From an uncultured archaeon (GTDB lineage Archaea > Asgardarchaeota > Lokiarchaeia > Sigyniarchaeales > Promethearchaeaceae): a DNA stretch of 5,262 nt. Location of the stretch: the NCBI GenBank assembly GCA_964426185.1, contig CAYRPF010000125.1, positions 1 through 5,262 on the forward strand. The letters run 5' to 3'. Below, piece by piece: positions 1 through 5,262 of the stretch. The position numbers and the translations under genes are program-made. Numbering within the stretch: the first letter of the stretch is position 1; the number at the start of each line of letters is the position of its first letter. The notes beneath the pieces are model-generated. The model saw nothing but the letters and a program-made list of their open reading frames with translations. It was not told the origin of the DNA and ran no database searches.

Positions 1-1130
1 CTTAATTTTTCCTCGGTAAGAAATTCATGATTTTGAGTAAAGATCCCCCGAACCACGCCCTTTTGAATTAATTTAAATAAAGATTTACGCGCCAGTTCTG
101 GTGCAATTTTTAGATGGCTTGCAAGTGAACTGATTAAGAATATTCCGTTTTTAATACAATAATTCTCAATTTCATTTTCGAGTTCCACTTCCGAAATGGT
201 TTCCTTCCCACTGTCTGCAAAAAATGCAGTAATAATCTTATTGCGCATCATATTCATGATATAATTCTTAACGTTGCCTTCGGGGATTTCCACTCTTCGA
301 GCAAATTCGTAATGCACAATTTTTCCATTATTGTTTAATTCCTGCAATATTAATTCAATTAAACCTTGCTCGATATAATATCGATTTTTTGTGTGGGTAA
401 ATGTGCCTCGGAGTTTATGCTTTCTAATCAATTCTATAATAATTTTAATGACGGTATCAGAAGAAGTGGATAATTCTGATTGAATTTGCAGTAAGTCTAA
501 AAATCCGTTAGATTGGAGATCAGCTACTAGTTTTGTTTCCATTTGATCTGTAAGGTGAATAAAAACATGCTTCTTCTTATCTAAAAAGCCACGAATCACC
601 CCAAAATTTATTCTTTCGCTAATTATGGTTTCAATTTCCTTCTGATTGAGACCATACCTCATTTGGAGTAAATGAAAAGGAGTTTCCACACTTTGCTCGA
701 GATCTTTTACGAAACAATTTAAACAAAACTCGATCCCCTTTCTTCGGCGAAGACGTTCGTTACATTTATCGGCATGACGCGAAAGTCCATATTTTTCAGC
801 TTCTCTTTCGATGTACCGCTCTGAACTTCCCAAAATTATGGGTGAATTAGTACGTGAATTCCAGGCACATTTTGTACATTGGAGATAGAGCTGTCCACTT
901 GGAAGTGTTTTAAATTCTAACAAGCCTCCACATTGCGGGCATTTGCTTTTTTCCAAGATCTGACATCGACCATGCCTTTCATCGGCTTGTACTCTATTTA
1001 ATTCCAACATGGGGTGCTTTTTACAAAAATATACGTCGGTTGAACCGGTGTGTTTGAAACAAAATTCTTCCCCACAATTTGGACAAACATAATTAATTTC
1101 CGTACTGTTGCAATATTTACATGTGCCTAT
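1..1130 (-). CDS. Multi-zinc-finger protein with tandem winged-helix (PCI/DDRGK/UFL1-like) repeats; 3' end truncated by the window edge; start codon uncertain
   Basis: Manual translation of the minus strand shows no stop from the in-frame TGA at 1169-1167 down to base 1. From ATA at 1130 it reads IGTCKYCNSTEINYVCPNCGEEFCFKHTGSTDVYFCKKHPMLELNRVQADERHGRCQILEKSKCPQCGGLLEFKTLPSGQLYLQCTKCAWNSRTNSPIILGSSERYIEREAEKYGLSRHADKCNERLRRRKGIEFCLNCFVKDLEQSVETPFHLLQMRYGLNQKEIETIISERINFGVIRGFLDKKKHVFIHLTDQMETKLVADLQSNGFLDLLQIQSELSTSSDTVIKIIIELIRKHKLRGTFTHTKNRYYIEQGLIELILQELNNNGKIVHYEFARRVEIPEGNVKNYIMNMMRNKIITAFFADSGKETISEVELENEIENYCIKNGIFLISSLASHLKIAPELARKSLFKLIQKGVVRGIFTQNHEFLTEEKL. It is probably absent from the ORF track because it has no stop in the window. 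The first in-frame ATG is at 1010 (residue 41). Confidence is for coding status; the family call is less certain. Confidence 0.9.
   Translation of the reverse strand, partial: MGTCKYCNSTEINYVCPNCGEEFCFKHTGSTDVYFCKKHPMLELNRVQADERHGRCQILEKSKCPQCGGLLEFKTLPSGQLYLQCTKCAWNSRTNSPIILGSSERYIEREAEKYGLSRHADKCNERLRRRKGIEFCLNCFVKDLEQSVETPFHLLQMRYGLNQKEIETIISERINFGVIRGFLDKKKHVFIHLTDQMETKLVADLQSNGFLDLLQIQSELSTSSDTVIKIIIELIRKHKLRGTFTHTKNRYYIEQGLIELILQELNNNGKIVHYEFARRVEIPEGNVKNYIMNMMRNKIITAFFADSGKETISEVELENEIENYCIKNGIFLISSLASHLKIAPELARKSLFKLIQKGVVRGIFTQNHEFLTEEKL
6..713 (-). repeat. Four tandem ~60-aa protein-level winged-helix repeats within the first CDS
   Basis: The Gly codon of a recurring NG motif (SNG/NNG/KNG) lies at 504-506, 324-326 and 144-146, an exact 180-nt period. 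The wing motif (IRGF/LRGT/ITAF/VRGI) has its G/A codon at 588, 405, 225 and 45. Each unit follows helix, NG-strand, helix-turn-helix, beta hairpin. The repeat shows in the protein and is not a close DNA repeat. Confidence 0.85.
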
Positions 1131-1137
1131 TTTAATC

Positions 1138-1142
1138 CCTCC
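1138..1142 (-). promoter_or_regulatory. Shine-Dalgarno-like GGAGG upstream of the zinc-finger/WH gene
   Basis: The minus strand reads GGAGG-GATTAAA-ATA-GGC-ACA-TGT, so GGAGG ends 7 nt before the in-frame ATA at 1130. Confidence 0.55.
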
Positions 1143-1209
1143 ATACGGGATAGTCTTCGCATTAAATCATAAGTTTTTTTTTCTTATGTACTTACTGGTT
1201 GTAGAAGTC

Positions 1210-1222
1210 TATATATTTTAGG
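1210..1222 (-). promoter_or_regulatory. Candidate archaeal TATA box for the zinc-finger/WH gene
   Basis: The minus strand reads CCTAAAATATATAG in the gap below the dehydrogenase stop, about 80 nt upstream of the proposed start. The AT-rich background lowers specificity. Confidence 0.35.
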
Positions 1223-1261
1223 GGGGCCATAAGCTTCGTGATTTTAGGATAAAAGGTTATG

Positions 1262-1275
1262 ATTAAAAAAGCGAG
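1262..1275 (-). terminator. Candidate oligo-T terminator after the acyl-CoA dehydrogenase
   Basis: The minus strand has CTCGCTTTTTTAAT (T6) about 35 nt past the stop at 1304. Archaeal intrinsic terminators are typically oligo-T tracts. Confidence 0.3.
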
Positions 1276-1303
1276 ATCTATGCCAATAAATTTCAATTTT
1301 CTC

Positions 1304-2539
1304 TTAATCGTATATTTTTTCATCGGGAGCTTCTGCCTCTGGGGCATCACACTCAATATTGCGAATTCCAAAGGATTTCTTGTCATACTGAGCGAAATGT
1401 TCGTGTTGTATGATTAAATTCATAATTTCTGAAGTTCCAGTCCAAATTTGAGCTAACCTTGCATCTCGAAAATATCTTTCTACTGGAAATACATTCGTAT
1501 AACCGATTCCTCCAAGAATTTGCAAACAATTGTCGATGGCTTTATAGCAATATTCAGTTGATACTTTTTTCGCTTCTGAAACCAATCTTCGACATATGGA
1601 TGGATCTTGTTGAGTATCTAACGCACGTGCCGCTGTATACAATAGACTACGCGCAGCATCCACCCAACACAACGCATCTGCCAGTTTAAAACTAACTCCT
1701 TCAAAGGCCCGAATAGGTTTGCCAAATGCTTTCCGTTTTCGAGCATAACTGGTGGCGACATCAATGCATCCATTTGCCATTCCAATGATACCAGCAGCAG
1801 AGGTCATTCGCTCAGGATACATCATTTGATTGAAAATACGCCCACCTTCACCTTCCCCCAAAATAATGTTTTCAGCAGGAACCCGCACATCTCGAAAATA
1901 GAGGCGCCCTGCTCCTCCTCCTCGTGTGCCCATTAATCCATAAATATATTTAGCTTCTACACCTTCCGATCTTTCCACTACAAATAAAGAGATAGATCGA
2001 TGCCGAGGTGCATCCGGATTCGTTTTTGCATATACAAGGAAGATATCGGCCCCTTCTGCACCTACAACAAATCGTTTTTGACCGTTTAGAATATACTCAT
2101 CACCGTTTTTTATAGCAGTGGTTGTTGCTCCGAAAAAATCGCTTCCTCCACGTGGTTCTGTCAGAGCTTCAGCACAGAATTTTTCACCTAAAAGGATCGG
2201 TTTAAGGAATTTTTCTTTCTGTTGTTCTCTCCCAAATGAATGGAGCGCTTCTCCACAAATACTGGGCAAACTGTATAAACAGCCCAAAGCCATCGATAAT
2301 ATTCCAATCTCTTCGAGCACAGTCATTTCGGCCACCCAAGATTTTCCTTGGCCACCGTATTTCGGATCAAATCGTAATCCCAATAACTTTTCCTTTGCTA
2401 AATCTCTAACGAATTGAGTGGGATATTGGATTTCATCAGAATCCATCTGAAGTAATAAATCACGAGGAACAGCCTGAGCAAAAGCCCGAGCCTTCAACTG
2501 TAAAGCTCTTTCTTCCGGTGTTAAGAAAAAATCGTACAT
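1304..2539 (-). CDS. Acyl-CoA dehydrogenase family protein (FAD-dependent)
   Basis: It has the ACAD motifs ALTEPRGGSD, YILNGQKRFV, RKAFGKPIRAFEGVSFKLAD, LQILGGIGY and VERYFRDARLAQIWTGTSEI. The track start is TTG at 2563. ATG at 2539 (MYDFFLTPEE) fits typical ACAD N-termini better and has AAGGA upstream. The substrate cannot be assigned. Confidence 0.96.
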   Translation of the reverse strand: MYDFFLTPEERALQLKARAFAQAVPRDLLLQMDSDEIQYPTQFVRDLAKEKLLGLRFDPKYGGQGKSWVAEMTVLEEIGILSMALGCLYSLPSICGEALHSFGREQQKEKFLKPILLGEKFCAEALTEPRGGSDFFGATTTAIKNGDEYILNGQKRFVVGAEGADIFLVYAKTNPDAPRHRSISLFVVERSEGVEAKYIYGLMGTRGGGAGRLYFRDVRVPAENIILGEGEGGRIFNQMMYPERMTSAAGIIGMANGCIDVATSYARKRKAFGKPIRAFEGVSFKLADALCWVDAARSLLYTAARALDTQQDPSICRRLVSEAKKVSTEYCYKAIDNCLQILGGIGYTNVFPVERYFRDARLAQIWTGTSEIMNLIIQHEHFAQYDKKSFGIRNIECDAPEAEAPDEKIYD

Positions 2540-2580
2540 AATTGGATTAGATTCCTTTAGCAAAATAAATCTTTATTCTT

Positions 2581-3615
2581 TCACCAATTATAGGTATAAT
2601 CGCCATTAGCTATCTTTTGGGCAACTCGTTTCGTAGGAGGAAATACGGAAGGTAAAAGTTCATCAACAACCACTGTCGTGTGTGTATCGCGGATGGGATA
2701 CTTATGATAAAGTTCTTTGATGAAATTGTTGTATTCGGTTAAATTTCGAGTGCGAACCACTGCCATTAACCCCGCTTCATTACCTGTTCGATATAAATCG
2801 ATGATATTAGGATGATGAACCAAATTTTCTGCCAAAGTGGAGTAATCTGCAATTCGCTGCGGTTTAATTTGTAAATAAAATTTGGTGGCAAAATCATGTT
2901 CAAAGAGACTTTGATCCGTTTTTCGAAGAAAATATATCATTTTACGGGGATTATAAGTCAATGTGAATCGAGAAATAATATGTTCAGCAGTAAAATTTGA
3001 AAATTCACGCGATAAATTTATATGGGAAATAAATTCGATTTCTTCAGGTTTTAGCAATGGTTGATCTTCCCTCTCAGGCCAGCGATATATATTGAAATTC
3101 TTTTTTAATAATTGGAGTAATCGCCATTTACTATCGTTTTCTTCTAAAGTTTTGGTAGGATATTTTTTATTCAAGATAAAGCCCCCAATCTTATAAATAT
3201 CAATGCATTCAATTATTCTATATGAAGAAGAAAATGTTTGGGCGATTTTTTGGTCAATTTGATTCAATAATTCAGCAAACTGCCTTTTTGTTTGAACTTC
3301 GATTTTTAGAATTAGTGAATAATCCCCTAAAATGCCGTCTAAGTTTACAATTTCCTTAAATTGTGAAATATTATCTAAAAGATTTTGTTCAGATGGATTT
3401 GTCTTAATTTCCATGAAGGAATACTGCAGGTTAAGCACATGGGGATCGAGTAATATTGTAGGGGAATGAATTATGCCCGTTTGCCAAAGTTGTTTCAAAA
3501 ATTTGGATATTGTTTGGCGGGAAAGCCCTAATTTTTGGGCCAGTTCATTAATATGTGCGCGTGAATTCAAGAATAACATTTCTAAAAACTGCATTTTTTG
3601 TTCGAGAGTAACCAT
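2581..3615 (-). CDS. Lrp/AsnC-family transcriptional regulator, tandem double module (HTH-RAM, degenerate HTH-RAM)
   Basis: The N-terminal HTH is NSRAHINELAQKLGLSRQTISKFLKQLWQTGII, followed by the linker ILLDPHVL and a first RAM domain (EIVNLDGILGDYSLILKIEV). A second module follows: IISRFTLTYNP, then PNIIDLYRTGNEAGLMAVVRTRNLTEYNNFIKEL...IRDTHTTVV. The track start is GTG at 3627; ATG at 3615 is preferred. Confidence 0.85.
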   Translation of the reverse strand: MVTLEQKMQFLEMLFLNSRAHINELAQKLGLSRQTISKFLKQLWQTGIIHSPTILLDPHVLNLQYSFMEIKTNPSEQNLLDNISQFKEIVNLDGILGDYSLILKIEVQTKRQFAELLNQIDQKIAQTFSSSYRIIECIDIYKIGGFILNKKYPTKTLEENDSKWRLLQLLKKNFNIYRWPEREDQPLLKPEEIEFISHINLSREFSNFTAEHIISRFTLTYNPRKMIYFLRKTDQSLFEHDFATKFYLQIKPQRIADYSTLAENLVHHPNIIDLYRTGNEAGLMAVVRTRNLTEYNNFIKELYHKYPIRDTHTTVVVDELLPSVFPPTKRVAQKIANGDYTYNW

Positions 3616-3628
3616 AATAAATTTCACG

Positions 3629-3653
3629 ATTTAAGTGTTAATTTAAGTGTTAA
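3629..3653. repeat. Perfect 12-bp tandem direct repeat ATTTAAGTGTTA x2
   Basis: 3629-3640 and 3641-3652 are identical. With the following A, each copy contains the dyad TTAA-GTG-TTAA. Confidence 0.85.
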
Positions 3654-3673
3654 GTAGATAGTGGAAAATAAAA

Positions 3674-3689
3674 CATATAAAGATTTATC
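3674..3689 (-). promoter_or_regulatory. Candidate archaeal BRE/TATA promoter of the Lrp-ACAD unit
   Basis: The minus strand reads GATAAATC-TTTATATG, a purine-rich BRE-like stretch followed by TTTATA. It predicts a transcription start near 3650. Confidence 0.5.
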
Positions 3690-3774
3690 ATCTCATACTA
3701 TTTTTGGCAATTTTGCATATTTATGTTAACTTTTTAATTCATGAACTATTATTTTACCTACAATTCATTGGGAT

Positions 3775-3789
3775 ATGAAAATTATTCAT
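3775..3789. promoter_or_regulatory. Palindromic candidate Lrp-type operator ATGAA-AATTA-TTCAT
   Basis: Perfect 5-bp arms flank an all-A/T 5-bp core in the divergent intergenic region next to an Lrp-family gene. This is the general layout of Lrp/FFRP binding sites. Confidence 0.4.
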
Positions 3790-3840
3790 CCTTGTCATTT
3801 AATCAATTAGGGTTAATAATTTTCACCGATTCCCAAATTA

Positions 3841-3846
3841 GAAGGT
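3841..3846 (+). promoter_or_regulatory. Shine-Dalgarno-like GAAGGT for ahcY
   Basis: GAAGGT ends 8 nt before the ATG at 3855. Confidence 0.5.
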
Positions 3847-3854
3847 TATAAAAG

Positions 3855-5159
3855 ATGCCAATATATACAAATAAATGGGGAAATTCTTCTTATTTAATTG
3901 CAGATGAATCGGATGAGGTTTTGTTAAAAGGAAAAGAAGAAATTGATATTGCTTTAAAAAAAATGCCAGTGGTAAAACAGTTAATTGACCAATTTGGAAA
4001 AGAAAAACCATTGGATGGATTAAAAATTGCCGCTTGTCTTCATGTAACCAAGGAAACCGCTAATTTATGTCGAGTTTTACAAGCTGGAGGCGCAGAAGTA
4101 TATCTTTGTGGTTCTAATCCTTTATCCACACAAGATTACACCGCCACTGCATTAGCCGAAGAAGGTATACATGTTTTTGCTTGGACGGGTAATACTGATG
4201 AAGAATTTTATGAATGTATTGAAGAATGCTTAAAACCACAACCGAATATCATTATTGATGATGGAGCCGATTTGATCGTCACCGCTCATAAAAATTATCC
4301 ACAATACTTCGAAGAAGGAGGCTGCGTGATTGCCTGTCAAGAAGAAACAACCACTGGTGTCCATCGTTTTGAAGCCATGGATAAGGCAGGTGCCTTGAAA
4401 TCCGCCTTATTTCCTGTTAATGATGCTTCATGTAAAAACCAATTCGATAATGAACTAGGTACCGGCCAAGGAATTGTAGCGGCTATAATCGGTATGCATG
4501 TGCTTTTTGCTGGGAAAACAGTAGTGGTGGCAGGATATGGTCATTGTTCATCTGGAATGGCTTTACGCGCCCGTGGTTTAGGAGCTAGAGTAATAATCAC
4601 GGAAGTAGATCCCATTCAAGCTTTAAAAGCTGCGTTTGCGGGTTATGAAGTTGGACGAATGCATGATGTAATTGGAAAGGCAGATATGATCTTTACCGCA
4701 ACCGGCTGTAATAACGTAGTTGCTAAAGAACATGTTCCAAAATTAAAAGACGGCGTGATTCTCGCCAACCTTGGGCATTTCGATGTTGAAATAGTTGCCA
4801 AAGATTTATATGAAGCCGCGGGCAATCAAATTCGCACCATTCGACCTAATGTAGAGGAATTGGTGTTCCCTTGGGGAAAACGCGCTTATCTTCTTGCAGC
4901 AGGCCGCTTGGCAAATTTAGCTTTGGCAGAAGGCCATCCCAGTGAAGTTATGGATATGAGTTTCGGATTACAAGCCATGATGGCCGAATATATCGCCAAA
5001 AATCGTGATTCACTCAAAAATCGAGTGGGTATTTTCAAAGTGCCGGAAGAAATCAATGAAAAAGTCGCTTATGCTAAATTGGAGTCAATGGGAATTACAA
5101 TTGATAAATGGACGGATGAACAATACAAATATTGCACTGGCTATGAAGAAGGTACTTAA
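3855..5159 (+). CDS. ahcY: Adenosylhomocysteinase (S-adenosyl-L-homocysteine hydrolase), archaeal type
   Basis: It has the SAHH motifs CLHVTKET, GSNPLSTQD, DDGAD, EETTTGVHR, VNDASCKNQFDN, NLGHFDVEI, GRLANL and GHPSEVMDMSF. It has the short archaeal-type C-terminus ending EEGT and lacks the ~40-aa catalytic-domain insert found in many bacterial and plant enzymes. Confidence 0.97.
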   Translation: MPIYTNKWGNSSYLIADESDEVLLKGKEEIDIALKKMPVVKQLIDQFGKEKPLDGLKIAACLHVTKETANLCRVLQAGGAEVYLCGSNPLSTQDYTATALAEEGIHVFAWTGNTDEEFYECIEECLKPQPNIIIDDGADLIVTAHKNYPQYFEEGGCVIACQEETTTGVHRFEAMDKAGALKSALFPVNDASCKNQFDNELGTGQGIVAAIIGMHVLFAGKTVVVAGYGHCSSGMALRARGLGARVIITEVDPIQALKAAFAGYEVGRMHDVIGKADMIFTATGCNNVVAKEHVPKLKDGVILANLGHFDVEIVAKDLYEAAGNQIRTIRPNVEELVFPWGKRAYLLAAGRLANLALAEGHPSEVMDMSFGLQAMMAEYIAKNRDSLKNRVGIFKVPEEINEKVAYAKLESMGITIDKWTDEQYKYCTGYEEGT

Positions 5160-5169
5160 ATTACTGAAC

Positions 5170-5210
5170 TTTTTCGATAATTGTTCATTCTCATTTTTTT
5201 CTCTTTATCC
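5170..5210 (+). terminator. Pyrimidine/oligo-T tract, candidate terminator of ahcY
   Basis: T5 at 5170-5174 and T7 at 5194-5200 (CATTTTTTTCTCTTT) lie shortly after the TAA stop, with no strong GC hairpin. Confidence 0.45.
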
Positions 5211-5262
5211 GTTAGCAGATTCTCATTCAGATATTCATCTCATTCTGCCTAATCTCTAATGA

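Noticed and set aside
741-753. Perfect inverted repeat TCTTCG-G-CGAAGA
   Set aside because: It is short, has a 1-nt loop and lies within Leu/Arg codons of the coding region; likely chance.
714-1124. Cys-rich region as multiheme cytochrome or ferredoxin-type Fe-S motifs
   Set aside because: There is no CxxCH and no CxxCxxCxxxC pattern; the spacing fits zinc knuckles.
1192-1386. 64-aa minus-strand ORF from the track
   Set aside because: It overlaps the ACAD 3' end in another frame, runs through candidate terminator and promoter signals, and has no recognisable motif.
1459-1689. 76-aa plus-strand ORF
   Set aside because: Antisense shadow entirely inside the well-supported ACAD gene.
2118-2417. 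99-aa plus-strand ORF
   Set aside because: Antisense shadow of the ACAD gene with no motif.
2581-3615. Double-Lrp protein as a fused siroheme decarboxylase (AhbA/AhbB, NirDL-type)
   Set aside because: Those Lrp-like enzymes carry an H-x-Y-x-R motif, absent here (IIDLYRTG has no His), and no heme biosynthesis genes are adjacent.
3846-3853. TTATAAAA as the TATA box of ahcY
   Set aside because: It ends 1 nt before the ATG, too close to drive a transcript containing that start codon.
4643-4825. 60-aa minus-strand ORF
   Set aside because: Antisense shadow inside ahcY.
5005-5259. 84-aa plus-strand ORF
   Set aside because: Out-of-frame overlap with the ahcY 3' end, continuing through the T-rich terminator-like tract; no motif.
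5184-5262. CRISPR array, tRNA or mobile-element end at the right edge
   Set aside because: The repeats are only 8-9 bp and irregularly spaced, no cloverleaf is visible, and there is no cas, transposase or integrase gene in the window.

Overview
AT-rich, archaeal-looking chromosomal window. The gene content suggests Asgard/Lokiarchaeia, but that is an inference. It holds four real genes, one of them missing from the supplied ORF track. (1) <1..1130, minus strand: an open frame of at least 376 codons running off the left edge. It encodes a Cys/His-rich multi-zinc-finger N-terminus followed by at least four tandem ~60-aa winged-helix (PCI/DDRGK/UFL1-like) repeats, and it has no canonical start codon ahead of the first finger. 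(2) An acyl-CoA dehydrogenase with the catalytic Glu apparently at the IVD/LCAD-type position. (3) A tandem double Lrp/AsnC-family regulator, probably co-transcribed with the dehydrogenase. (4) A divergently transcribed archaeal-type adenosylhomocysteinase (ahcY) with several unusual substitutions. The strongest candidate for an undescribed system is gene 1, which reads like a natural DDRGK1-UFL1-type winged-helix array fused to apparently nested zinc fingers. All comparisons to reference proteins were made by eye against recalled sequences; no searches were run.
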